Of a stretch of 64,000 bases of DNA, positions 9,401 through 24,400 are shown in pieces. Under the pieces are notes generated by a model. That model had not been told where the DNA came from. It did not search any database and saw nothing but the letters and a program-made list of their open reading frames with translations. The DNA comes from Macrostomum lignano. Lineage: Eukaryota. Location of the stretch: assembly GCA_002269645.1 (NCBI GenBank), contig NIVC01002150.1, positions 62,001 through 126,000 on the forward strand. Direction: 5' to 3'. Within the stretch, counting starts at the first letter, position 1. Every line of letters starts with the position of its first letter. The position numbers and the translations under genes are program-made.

Positions 9401-12400
9401 CAGTACCTAAGAGTACAGCGTCTCACCTGTCAATCAATTTTCAGTACCTAAGAGTACAGCGTCTCACCTGTCAATCAATTTCCAGGACCTGAAACCGCAG
9501 CGTCTCACCTGTCAGTCGGATCCGGCATCAGCCGCACCTTAACAAACGGATCGGCCAGCCCGTTCAAGTCCATCGGCGGCAGTCCTCGAGCTCTGGCGAT
9601 GTGCACCGTCACGCTGGAATCGTAATCGTCAAAGTGCAGCTGCACCGATATTTCCCCCGCCGTGTCGTATTGGAACTGTTCCACCGCTGCGACCGCGCCG
9701 TCAGCTGCGCCGATGGATGCTTGCGACTGCAGCGAAATCGATTGTTGAGGCTGAAATTGCTGCATCATCGCCTGAGGCTGCTGCTGGAAGGCTTGTGGTT
9801 GCTGGTGCTGTTGTTGAATATGGGGCTGTTGCAGTGCGGGAGGCTGTTGTAACGACTGAAGCGGTTGTTGCAGAGTCTGCGGTTGTTGCAGAGTCTGCGG
9901 TTGTTGCAGAGTCTGCGGTTGTTGCAGAGTCTGCGGTTGTTGCAGAGTCTGCGGTTGTTGCAGAGTCTGCGGTTGTTGCAGAGTCTGCGGTTGTTGCAGA
10001 GTCTGCGGTTGTTGCAGAGTCTGCGGTTGTTGCAGAGTCTGCGGTTGTTGCAGAGTCTGCGGTTGTTGCAGAGTCTGCGGTTGTTGCAGAGTCTGCGGTT
10101 GTTGCTGCTGAAAGTGCTGGGGTTGTTGAATCTGCTCTTGCTGCAGTGCGGGAGGCTGTTGCAACGCTTGAAGCTGCTGTTGCAGAATCTGTGGTTTCTG
10201 CTGCTGCTGCAAGCTCTCCAGCCCAGCGGTAATGCCAGCGAAGGGCACCTGGCCCAGACTGGACGAGGTTGGCGGCGCGAACGGATCGGCTCCCCGGGAC
10301 CCGGCGGCGAAGCGTTCGAAAGGGAATTCGGCCGCGCCAACGAAGACCTCTTTGGGCGGCGCCGAGTCGCCAGTCGGACTTGACGGCACAGGCGGGCTGG
10401 CCGAGGTTGGACGAAGGCGTCCGAGTCCGCTGCCAAGTAGGCTGTGCTTTGTCCGAGAATGGCCGGCAGGGTCGAGCGCTGTGAATAGTAGCATGGGTTT
10501 TTGAACTTTAGGATTCAGTTTTTGTATTAGTTTTTTGTACTCTTATATTTGGTTTTTGCACTTTTAGATTTGATTTTTGTACTTTAGGATTTTGTTTTTG
10601 TTGAAAATGTTGAAAAAATCCCCTACAGAATGCCTCACCCTGGCCATCAGGGAAGCTGCTGTGACGCGCAGTCTGTTGCTGTACTGTTGTTGAGCCTCGA
10701 CTGAAAAATTTCAATAAAGTGCAGGTGGTCGCATGCTTAGCAAAATCTATTTTCAAAAAGCAACCGCACTTAGTAGTTTTCCATTGAAGAATGTTAAAAG
10801 TGAATCAGCATGGACAACTAAAGCAGGACTAAAGAGTGTCTAGATAAGCCATGGACAACTAAAGCAGAAGGACTAAAGAGTGTCTAGATAAGCCATGGAC
10901 AACTAAAGCAGAAGGACTAAAGAGTGTCTAGATAAGCCATGGACAACTAAAGCAGAAGGACTAAAGAGTGTCTAGGTAAGCCATGGACAACTAAAGCAGA
11001 AGGACTAAAGAGTGTCTAGATAAGCCATGGACAACTAAAGTAGGACTAAAGAGTGTCTAGACAAGCCATGGACAACTAAAGCAGAAGGACTAAAGAGTGT
11101 CTAGGTAAGCCATGGACAACTAAAGCAGAAGGACTAAAGAGTGTCTAGGTAAGCCATGGACAACTAAAGCAGGACTAAAGAGTGTCTAGATAAGCCATAG
11201 ACAACTAAAGCAGGACTAAAGAGTGCCTAGATAAGCCATGGACAACTAAAGCAGGACTAAAGAGTGTCTAGATAAGCCATGGACAACTAAAGCAGGACTA
11301 AAGAGTGTCTAGATAAGCCATGGACAACTAAAGCAGGACTAAAGAGTGTCTAGATAAGCCATGGACAACTAAAGTAGGACTAAAGAGTGTCTAGACAAGC
11401 CATGGACAACTAAAGTAGGACTAAAGAGTGTCTAGATAAGCCATGGACAACTAAAGCAGGACTAAAGAGTGTCTAGACAAGCCATGGACAACTAAAGCAG
11501 AAGGACTAAAGAGTGTCTAGATAAGCCATGGACAACTAAAGCAGGACTAAAGAGTGTCTAGATAAGCCATAGACAACTAAAGCAGGACTAAAGAGTGCCT
11601 AGATAAGCCATGGACAACTAAAGCAGGACTAAAGAGTGTCTAGATAAGCCATAGACAACTAAAGCAGGACTAAAGAGTGTCTAGGTAAGCCATGGACAAC
11701 TAAAGCAGAAGGACTAAAGAGTGTCTAGATAAGCCATGGACAACTAAAGCAGAAGGACTAAAGAGTGCCTAGATAAGCCATGGACAACTAAAGCAGAAGG
11801 ACTAAAGAGTGCCTAGATAAGCCATGGACAACTAAAGCAGAAGGACTAAAGAGTGCCTAGATAAGCCATGGACAACTAAAGCAGAAGGACTAAAGAGTGT
11901 CTAGATAAGCCATGGACAACTAAAGCAGGACTAAAGAGTGTCTAGATAAGCCATGGACAACTAAAGCAGGACTAAGGAGTGCCTAGATAAGCCATGGACA
12001 ACTAAAGCAGAAGGATTAAAGGGATTATAGATAAGCCATGGACAACTAAAGCAGAAGGATTAAAGGGATTATAGATAAGCCATGGACAACTAAAGCAGAA
12101 GGATTAAAGGGATTATAGATAAGCCATGGACAACTAAAGCAGAAGGATTAAAGGGATTATAGATAAGCCATGGACAACTAAAGCAGAAGGATTAAAGGGA
12201 TTATAGATAAGCCATGGACAACTAAAGCAGAAGGATTAAAGGGATTATAGATAAGCCATGGACAACTAAAGCAGAAGGATTAAAGGGATTATAGATAAGC
12301 CATGGACAACTAAAGCAGAAGGATTAAAGGGATTATAGATAAGCCATGGACAACTAAAGCAGAAGGGTTAAAGGGATTATAGATAAGCCATGGACAACTA

Positions 12401-15400
12401 AAGCAGAAGGATTAAAGGGATTATAGATAAGCCATGGACAACTAAAGCAGAAGGATTAAAGGGATTATAGATAAGCCATGGACAACTAAAGCAGAAGGAT
12501 TAAAGGGATTATAGATAAGCCATGGACAACTAAAGCAGAAGGATTAAAGGGATTATAGATAAGCCATGGACAACTAAAGCAGAAGGATTAAAGGGATTAT
12601 AGATAAGCCATGGACAACTAAAGCAGAAGGATTAAAGGGATTATAGATAAGCCATGGACAACTAAAGCAGAAGGATTAAAGGGATTATAGATAAGCCATG
12701 GACAACTAAAGCAGAAGGATTAAAGGGATTATAGATAAGCCATGGACAACTAAAGCAGAAGGATTAAAGGGATTATAGATAAGCCATGGACAACTAAAGC
12801 AGAAGGATTAAAGGGATTATAGATAAGCCATGGACAACTAAAGCAGAAGGATTAAAGGGATTATAGATAAGCCATGGACAACTAAAGCAGAAGGATTAAA
12901 GGGATTATAGATAAGCCATGGACAACTAAAGCAGAAGGATTAAAGGGATTATAGATAAGCCATGGACAACTAAAGCAGAAGGATTAAAGGGATTATAGAT
13001 AAGCCATGGACAACTAAAGCAGAAGGATTAAAGGGATTATAGATAAGCCATGGACAACTAAAGCAGAAGGATTAAAGGGATTATAGATAAGCCATGGACA
13101 ACTAAAGCAGAAGGATTAAAGGGATTATAGATAAGCCATGGACAACTAAAGCAGAAGGATTAAAGGGATTATAGATAAGCCATGGACAACTAAAGCAGAA
13201 GGATTAAAGGGATTATAGATAAGCCATGGACAACTAAAGCAGAAGGATTAAAGGGATTATAGATAAGCCATGGACAACTAAAGCAGAAGGATTAAAGGGA
13301 TTATAGATAAGCCATGGACAACTAAAGCAGAAGGATTAAAGGGATTATAGATAAGCCATGGACAACTAAAGCAGAAGGATTAAAGGGATTATAGATAAGC
13401 CATGGACAACTAAAGCAGAAGGATTAAAGGGATTATAGATAAGCCATGGACAACTAAAGCAGAAGGATTAAAGGGATTATAGATAAGCCATGGACAACTA
13501 AAGCAGAAGGATTAAAGGGATTATAGATAAGCCATGGACAACTAAAGCAGAAGGATTAAAGGGATTATAGATAAGCCATGGACAACTAAAGCAGAAGGAT
13601 TAAAGGGATTATAGATAAGCCATGGACAACTAAAGCAGAAGGGTGTTTAAACACTCTTGAATTCCAGCTTTTGCTACTTTTTTGTGAATTTCTTGCTGCG
13701 CCTATTTGTCTATGATGAAGCCCAATTTTTCAACGATAGCGAAAAAACAAATCTTTGCAAAATCCGTTCAAAAAGTTGGAAAAGTTGGAAAAAGTGCTTT
13801 CACTTTTACGGTTTTCTGGCAGTTTGCAATATTTCTCAATGTTTTACAACTCTCTGGCACAAAACAGCGCAAGTTTTCTATGTACATGTATATGGCTTCT
13901 CTGCTTAGTTTTGTTGTTTTAAAATATTGTTAAAGTCCATTAAGTATATCCTCGTAATTCCATTAAAAAAATCACTGCTTGATTGTCTTTTAACCAGAGA
14001 GAGCAGAGCCGTCTGTGAATAACTTAACTTTACCAGCCAGTAGAATTATAGAATTCGTTCTGATGTACCGGTGAGTCCCAAATAATCACCCCGAGTTTTG
14101 ATCAAAGAACCTCTGCAGACGAACCAATCTTTTCCATATCTTCACTCATGTCTACAATGAGCTGAGTCATTCTGATTCAGTTTCCCACGACCCCCCCAAC
14201 GCTGCCATCAGCGGCTCTCACACTCTGACGACAACTTCGAATTCGTCGGCCTCCCAGGCGGTGGCCAGCGCCCTGTGCAGCTCCCGCGGCCCCAGCCCGA
14301 CCAAGCAGTAGCCGTTCCATTCCACCACTTCGTCGCCTTCGCCTATCTCAGCGCGCAGACGGTCGCAGACGCTGCCAGGCAGGATGTCCTGAACTACAGC
14401 GGCTGGCAGACCGTCCTCCTGCGAGACGCCGGCCTCCACGACCAGACCGACGCCATAGCCTGCGAGCGACACCGGGGGGGGTAATACTGAGATATTCTCT
14501 TTGGCACTCGTTGGACACTACTGAGATATTCTCTTTGGCACTCGTTGGACACTACTGAGATATTCTCTTTGGCACTCGTTGGACACTACTGAGATATTCT
14601 CGTTGGCACTCGTTGGACACTACTGAGATATTCTCTTTGGCACTCGTTGGACACTACTGAGATATTCTCTTTGGCACTCGTTGGACACTACTGAGATATT
14701 CTCTTTGGCACTCGTTGGACACTACTGAGATATTCTCTTTGGCACTCGTTGGACACTACTGAGATATTCTCTTTGGCACTATGGGACACTACTGAGATAT
14801 TCTCTTTGGCACTCGTTGGACACTACTGAGATATTCTCTTTGGCACTCGTTGGACACTACTGAGATATTCTCTTTGGCACTCGTTGGACACTACTGAGAT
14901 ATTCTCTTTGGCACTCGTTGGACACTACTGAGATATTCTCTTTGGCACTCGTTGGACACTACTGAGATATTCTCTTTGGCACTCGTTGGACACTACTGAG
15001 ATATTCTCTATGGCACTCGTGGGACACTACTGAGATATTCTCTTTGGCACTATGGGACACTACTGAGATATTCTCTTTGGCACTCGTTGGACACTACTGA
15101 GATATTCTCTTTGGCACTCGTTGGACACTACTGAGATATTCTCTTTGGCACTCGTGGGACACTACTGAGATATTCTCTTTGGCACTCGTGGAACTACTGA
15201 GATATTCTCTTTGGCACTCGTTGGACACTACTGAGATATTCTCTTGGCACTCGTTGGACACTACTGAGATATTCTCTTTGGCACTCGTTGGACACTACTG
15301 AGATATTCTCTTTGGCACTCGTTGGACACTACTGAGATATTCTCTTTGGCACTCGTTGGACACTACTGAGATATTCTCTTTGGCACTCGTTGGACACTAC

Positions 15401-18400
15401 TGAGATATTCTCTTTGGCACTCGTTGGACACTACTGAGATATTCTCTTTGGCACTCGTTGGACACTACTGAGATATTCTCTTGGCACTCGTTGGACACTA
15501 CTGAGATATTCTCTTTGGCACTCGTTGGACACTACTGAGATATTCTCTTTGGCACTCGTTGGACACTACTGAGATATTCTCTTTGGCACTCGTTGGACAC
15601 TACTGAGATATTCTCTTTGGCACTCGTTGGACACTACTGAGATATTCTCTTTGGCACTCGTTGGACACTACTGAGATATTCTCTTTGGCACTCGTTGGAC
15701 ACTACTGAGATATTCTCTTTGGCACTCGTTGGACACTACTGAGATATTCTCTTTGGCACTCGTTGGACACTACTGAGATATTCTCTTGGCACTCGTTGGA
15801 CACTACTGAGATATTCTCTTTGGCACTCGGGACACTACTGAGATATTCTCTTTGGCACTCGTTGGACACTACTGAGATATTCTCTTTGGCACTCGTTGGA
15901 CACTACTGAGATATTCTCTTGGCACTCGTTGGACACTACTGAGATATTCTCTTTGGCACTCGTTGGACACTACTGAGATATTCTCTTTGGCACTCGTTGG
16001 ACACTACTGAGATATTCTCTTGGCACTCGTTGGACACTACTGAGATATTCTCTTTGGCACTCGTTGGACACTACTGAGATATTCTCTTTGGCACTCGTTG
16101 GACACTACTGAGATATTCTCTTGGCACTCGTTGGACACTACTGAGATATTCTCTTTGGCACTCGTTGGACACTACTGAGATATTCTCTTTGGCACTCGTT
16201 GGACACTACTGAGATATTCTCTTTGGCACTCGTTGGACACTACTGAGATATTCTCTTTGGCACTCGTTGGACACTACTGAGATATTCTCTTTGGCACTCG
16301 TTGGACACTACTGAGATATTCTCTTTGGCACTCGTTGGACACTACTGAGATATTCTCTTGGCACTCGTTGGACACTACTGAGATATTCTCTTTGGCACTC
16401 GTTGGACACTACTGAGATATTCTCTTTGGCACTCGTTGGACACTACTGAGATATTCTCTTTGGCACTCGTGGACACTACTGAGATATTCTCTTTGGCACT
16501 CGTGGACACTACTGAGATATTCTCTTTGGCACTCGTTGGACACTACTGAGATATTCTCTTTGGCACTCGTTGGACACTACTGAGATATTCTCTTTGGCAC
16601 TCGTTGGACACTACTGAGATATTCTCTTTGGCACTCGTTGGACACTACTGAGATATTCTCTTTGGCACTCGTTGGACACTACTGAGATATTCTCTTTGGC
16701 ACTCGTGGACACTACTGAGATATTCTCTTTGGCACTCGTTGGACACTACTGAGATATTCTCTTGGCACTCGTTGGACACTACTGAGATATTCTCTTTGGC
16801 ACTCGTTGGACACTACTGAGATATTCTCTTTGGCACTCGTTGGACACTACTGAGATATTCTCTTTGGCACTCGTGGACACTACTGAGATATTCTCTTTGG
16901 CACTCGTTGGACACTACTGAGATATTCTCTTTGGCACTCGTTGGACACTACTGAGATATTCTCTTTGGCACTCGTTGGACACTACTGAGATATTCTCTTT
17001 GGCACTCGTTGGACACTACTGAGATATTCTCTTTGGCACTCGTTGGACACTACTGAGATATTCTCTTTGGCACTCGTTGGACACTACTGAGATATTCTCT
17101 TTGGCACTCGTTGGACACTACTGAGATATTCTCTTTGGCACTCGTTGGACACTACTGAGATATTCTCTTTGGCACTCGTTGGACACTACTGAGATATTCT
17201 CTTTGGCACTCGTTGGACACTACTGAGATATTCTCTTTGGCACTCGTTGGACACTACTGAGATATTCTCTTTGGCACTCGTTGGACACTACTGAGATATT
17301 CTCTTTGGCACTCGTTGGACACTACTGAGATATTCTCTTTGGCACTCGTTGGACACTACTGAGATATTCTCTTTGGCACTCGTTGGACACTACTGAGATA
17401 TTCTCTTTGGCACTCGTTGGACACTACTGAGATATTCTCTTTGGCACTCGTTGGACACTACTGAGATATTCTCTTTGGCACTCGTGGGACACTACTGAGA
17501 TATTCTCTTTGGCACTCGTTGGACACTACTGAGATATTCTCTTTGGCACTCGTGGACACTACTGAGATATTCTCTTTGGCACTCGTGGACACTACTGAGA
17601 TATTCTCTTTGGCACTCGTTGGACACTACTGAGATATTCTCTTTGGCACTCGTTGGACACTACTGAGATATTCTCTTTGGCACTCGTTGGACACTACTGA
17701 GATATTCTCTTTGGCACTCGTTGGACACTACTGAGATATTCTCTTTGGCACTCGTTGGACACTACTGAGATATTCTCTTTGGCACTCGTTGGACACTACT
17801 GAGATATTCTCTTTGGCACTCGTTGGACACTACTGAGATATTCTCTTTGGCACTCGTTGGACACTACTGAGATATTCTCTTTGGCACTCGTTGGACACTA
17901 CTGAGATATTCTCTTTGGCACTCGTTGGACACTACTGAGATATTCTCTTTGGCACTCGTTGGACACTACTGAGATATTCTCTTTGGCACTCGTTGGACAC
18001 TACTGAGATATTCTCTTTGGCACTCGTGGACACTACTGAGATATTCTCTTTGGCACTCGTTGGACACTACTGAGATATTCTCTTTGGCACTCGTTGGACA
18101 CTACTGAGATATTCTCTTTGGCACTCGTTGGACACTACTGAGATATTCTCTTTGGCACTCGTTGGACACTACTGAGATATTCTCTTTGGCACTCGTTGGA
18201 CACTACTGAGATATTCTCTTTGGCACTCGTTGGACACTACTGAGATATTCTCTTTGGCACTCGTTGGACACTACTGAGATATTCTCTTTGGCACTCGTTG
18301 GACACTACTGAGATATTCTCTTTGGCACTCGTTGGACACTACTGAGATATTCTCTTTGGCACTCGTTGGACACTACTGAGATATTCTCTTTGGCACTCGT

Positions 18401-21400
18401 TGGACACTACTGAGATATTCTCTTTGGCACTCGTTGGACACTACTGAGATATTCTCTTTGGCACTCGTTGGACACTACTGAGATATTCTCTTTGGCACTC
18501 GTTGGACACTACTGAGATATTCTCTTTGGCACTCGTTGGACACTACTGAGATATTCTCTTTGGCACTCGTTGGACACTACTGAGATATTCTCTTTGGCAC
18601 TCGTTGGACACTACTGAGATATTCTCTTTGGCACTCGTTGGACACTACTGAGATATTCTCTTTGGCACTCGTTGGACACTACTGAGATATTCTCTTTGGC
18701 ACTCGTTGGACACTACTGAGATATTCTCTTTGGCACTCGTTGGACACTACTGAGATATTCTCTTTGGCACTCGTTGGACACTACTGAGATATTCTCTTTG
18801 GCACTCGTTGGACACTACTGAGATATTCTCTTTGGCACTCGTTGGACACTACTGAGATATTCTCTTTGGCACTCGTTGGACACTACTGAGATATTCTCTT
18901 TGGCACTCGTTGGACACTACTGAGATATTCTCTTTGGCACTCGTTGGACACTACTGAGATATTCTCTTTGGCACTCGTTGGACACTACTGAGATATTCTC
19001 TTTGGCACTCGTTGGACACTACTGAGATATTCTCTTTGGCACTCGTTGGACACTACTGAGATATTCTCTTTGGCACTCGTTGGACACTACTGAGATATTC
19101 TCTTTGGCACTCGTTGGACACTACTGAGATATTCTCTTTGGCACTCGTTGGACACTACTGAGATATTCTCTTTGGCACTCGTTGGACACTACTGAGATAT
19201 TCTCTTTGGCACTCGTTGGACACTACTGAGATATTCTCTTTGGCACTCGTTGGACACTACTGAGATATTCTCTTTGGCACTCGTTGGACACTACTGAGAT
19301 ATTCTCTTTGGCACTCGTTGGACACTACTGAGATATTCTCTTTGGCACTCGTTGGACACTACTGAGATATTCTCTTTGGCACTCGTTGGACACTACTGAG
19401 ATATTCTCTTTGGCACTCGTTGGACACTACTGAGATATTCTCTTTGGCACTCGTTGGACACTACTGAGATATTCTCTTTGGCACTCGTTGGACACTACTG
19501 AGATATTCTCTTTGGCACTCGTTGGACACTACTGAGATATTCTCTTTGGCACTCGTTGGACACTACTGAGATATTCTCTTTGGCACTCGTTGGACACTAC
19601 TGAGATATTCTCTTTGGCACTCGTTGGACACTACTGAGATATTCTCTTTGGCACTCGTTGGACACTACTGAGATATTCTCTTTGGCACTCGTTGGACACT
19701 ACTGAGATATTCTCTTTGGCACTCGTTGGACACTACTGAGATATTCTCTTTGGCACTCGTTGGACACTACTGAGATATTCTCTTTGGCACTCGTTGGACA
19801 CTACTGAGATATTCTCTTTGGCACTCGTTGGACACTACTGAGATATTCTCTTTGGCACTCGTTGGACACTACTGAGATATTCTCTTTGGCACTCGTTGGA
19901 CACTACTGAGATATTCTCTTTGGCACTCGTTGGACACTACTGAGATATTCTCTTTGGCACTCGTTGGACACTACTGAGATATTCTCTTTGGCACTCGTTG
20001 GACACTACTGAGATATTCTCTTTGGCACTCGTTGGACACTACTGAGATATTCTCTTTGGCACTCGTTGGACACTACTGAGATATTCTCTTTGGCACTCGT
20101 TGGACACTACTGAGATATTCTCTTTGGCACTCGTTGGACACTACTGAGATATTCTCTTTGGCACTCGTTGGACACTACTGAGATATTCTCTTTGGCACTC
20201 GTTGGACACTACTGAGATATTCTCTTTGGCACTCGTTGGACACTACTGAGATATTCTCTTTGGCACTCGTTGGACACTACTGAGATATTCTCTTTGGCAC
20301 TCGTTGGACACTACTGAGATATTCTCTTTGGCACTCGTTGGACACTACTGAGATATTCTCTTTGGCACTCGTTGGACACTACTGAGATATTCTCTTTGGC
20401 ACTCGTTGGACACTACTGAGATATTCTCTTTGGCACTCGTTGGACACTACTGAGATATTCTCTTTGGCACTCGTTGGACACTACTGAGATATTCTCTTGG
20501 CACTCGTTGGACACTACTGAGATATTCTCTTTGGCACTCGTTGGACACTACTGAGATATTCTCTTTGGCACTCGTTGGACACTACTGAGATATTCTCTTT
20601 GGCACTCGTTGGACACTACTGAGATATTCTCTTTGGCACTCGTTGGACACTACTGAGATATTCTCTTTGGCACTCGTTGGACACTACTGAGATATTCTCT
20701 TTGGCACTCGTTGGACACTACTGAGATATTCTCTTTGGCACTCGTTGGACACTACTGAGATATTCTCTTTGGCACTCGTTGGACACTACTGAGATATTCT
20801 CTTTGGCACTCGTTGGACACTACTGAGATATTCTCTTTGGCACTCGTTGGACACTACTGAGATATTCTCTTTGGCACTCGTTGGACACTACTGAGATATT
20901 CTCTTTGGCACTCGTTGGACACTACTGAGATATTCTCTTTGGCACTCGTTGGACACTACTGAGATATTCTCTTTGGCACTCGTTGGACACTACTGAGATA
21001 TTCTCTTTGGCACTCGTTGGACACTACTGAGATATTCTCTTTGGCACTCGTTGGACACTACTGAGATATTCTCTTTGGCACTCGTTGGACACTACTGAGA
21101 TATTCTCTTTGGCACTCGTTGGACACTACTGAGATATTCTCTTTGGCACTCGTTGGACACTACTGAGATATTCTCTTTGGCACTCGTTGGACACTACTGA
21201 GATATTCTCTTTGGCACTCGTTGGACACTACTGAGATATTCTCTTTGGCACTCGTTGGACACTACTGAGATATTCTCTTTGGCACTCGTTGGACACTACT
21301 GAGATATTCTCTTTGGCACTCGTTGGACACTACTGAGATATTCTCTTTGGCACTCGTTGGACACTACTGAGATATTCTCTTTGGCACTCGTTGGACACTA

Positions 21401-24400
21401 CTGAGATATTCTCTTTGGCACTCGTTGGACACTACTGAGATATTCTCTTTGGCACTCGTTGGACACTACTGAGATATTCTCTTTGGCACTCGTTGGACAC
21501 TACTGAGATATTCTCTTTGGCACTCGTTGGACACTACTGAGATATTCTCTTTGGCACTCGTTGGACACTACTGAGATATTCTCTTTGGCACTCGTTGGAC
21601 ACTACTGAGATATTCTCTTTGGCACTCGTTGGACACTACTGAGATATTCTCTTTGGCACTCGTTGGACACTACTGAGATATTCTCTTTGGCACTCGTTGG
21701 ACACTACTGAGATATTCTCTTTGGCACTCGTGGACACTACTGAGATATTCTCTTTGGCACTCGTTGGACACTACTGAGATATTCTCTTTGGCACTCGTTG
21801 GACACTACTGAGATATTCTCTTTGGCACTCGTTGGACACTACTGAGATATTCTCTTTGGCACTCGTTGGACACTACTGAGATATTCTCTTTGGCACTCGT
21901 TGGACACTACTGAGATATTCTCTTTGGCACTCGTTGGACACTACTGAGATATTCTCTTTGGCACTCGTTGGACACTACTGAGATATTCTCTTTGGCACTC
22001 GTTGGACACTACTGAGATATTCTCTTTGGCACTCGTTGGACACTACTGAGATATTCTCTTTGGCACTCGTTGGACACTACTGAGATATTCTCTTTGGCAC
22101 TCGTTGGACACTACTGAGATATTCTCTTTGGCACTCGTTGGACACTACTGAGATATTCTCTTTGGCACTCGTTGGACACTACTGAGATATTCTCTTTGGC
22201 ACTCGTTGGACACTACTGAGATATTCTCTTTGGCACTCGTTGGACACTACTGAGATATTCTCTTTGGCACTCGTTGGACACTACTGAGATATTCTCTTTG
22301 GCACTCGTTGGACACTACTGAGATATTCTCTTTGGCACTCGTTGGACACTACTGAGATATTCTCTTTGGCACTCGTTGGACACTACTGAGATATTCTCTT
22401 TGGCACTCGTTGGACACTACTGAGATATTCTCTTTGGCACTCGTTGGACACTACTGAGATATTCTCTTTGGCACTCGTTGGACACTACTGAGATATTCTC
22501 TTTGGCACTCGTTGGACACTACTGAGATATTCTCTTTGGCACTCGTTGGACACTACTGAGATATTCTCTTTGGCACTCGTTGGACACTACTGAGATATTC
22601 TCTTTGGCACTCGTTGGACACTACTGAGATATTCTCTTTGGCACTCGTTGGACACTACTGAGATATTCTCTTTGGCACTCGTTGGACACTACTGAGATAT
22701 TCTCTTTGGCACTCGTTGGACACTACTGAGATATTCTCTTTGGCACTCGTTGGACACTACTGAGATATTCTCTTTGGCACTCGTTGGACACTACTGAGAT
22801 ATTCTCTTTGGCACTCGTTGGACACTACTGAGATATTCTCTTTGGCACTCGTTGGACACTACTGAGATATTCTCTTTGGCACTCGTTGGACACTACTGAG
22901 ATATTCTCTTTGGCACTCGTTGGACACTACTGAGATATTCTCTTTGGCACTCGTTGGACACTACTGAGATATTCTCTTTGGCACTCGTTGGACACTACTG
23001 AGATATTCTCTTTGGCACTCGTTGGACACTACTGAGATATTCTCTTTGGCACTCGTTGGACACTACTGAGATATTCTCTTTGGCACTCGTTGGACACTAC
23101 TGAGATATTCTCTTTGGCACTCGTTGGACACTACTGAGATATTCTCTTTGGCACTCGTTGGACACTACTGAGATATTCTCTTTGGCACTCGTTGGACACT
23201 ACTGAGATATTCTCTTTGGCACTCGTTGGACACTACTGAGATATTCTCTTTGGCACTCGTGGGAAACTACTGAGATATTCTCTTTGGCACTCGTTGGACA
23301 CTACTGAGATATTCTCTTTGGCACTCGTTGGACACTACTGAGATATTCTCTTTGGCACTCGTTGGACACTACTGAGATATTCTCTTTGGCACTCGTTGGA
23401 CACTACTGAGATATTCTCTTTGGCACTCGTTGGACACTACTGAGATATTCTCTTTGGCACTCGTTGGACACTACTGAGATATTCTCTTTGGCACTCGTTG
23501 GACACTACTGAGATATTCTCTTTGGCACTCGTTGGACACTACTGAGATATTCTCTTTGGCACTCGTGGGACACTACTGAGATATTCTCTTTGGCACTCGT
23601 TGGACACTACTGAGATATTCTCTTTGGCACTCGTTGGACACTACTGAGATATTCTCTTTGGCACTCGTTGGACACTACTGAGATATTCTCTTTGGCACTC
23701 GTTGGACACTACTGAGATATTCTCTTTGGCACTCGTTGGACACTACTGAGATATTCTCTTTGGCACTCGTTGGACACTACTGAGATATTCTCTTTGGCAC
23801 TCGTTGGACACTACTGAGATATTCTCTTTGGCACTCGTTGGACACTACTGAGATATTCTCTTTGGCACTCGTTGGACACTACTGAGATATTCTCTTTGGC
23901 ACTCGTTGGACACTACTGAGATATTCTCTTTGGCACTCGTTGGACACTACTGAGATATTCTCTTTGGCACTCGTTGGACACTACTGAGATATTCTCTTTG
24001 GCACTCGTTGGACACTACTGAGATATTCTCTTTGGCACTCGTTGGACACTACTGAGATATTCTCTTTGGCACTCGTTGGACACTACTGAGATATTCTCTT
24101 TGGCACTCGTTGGACACTACTGAGATATTCTCTTTGGCACTCGTGGACACTACTGAGATATTCTCTTTGGCACTCGTGGACACTACTGAGATATTCTCTT
24201 TGGCACTCGTTGGACACTACTGAGATATTCTCTTTGGCACTCGTTGGACACTACTGAGATATTCTCTTTGGCACTCGTTGGACACTACTGAGATATTCTC
24301 TTTGGCACTCGTTGGACACTACTGAGATATTCTCTTTGGCACTCGTTGGACACTACTGAGATATTCTCTTTGGCACTCGTTGGACACTACTGAGATATTC

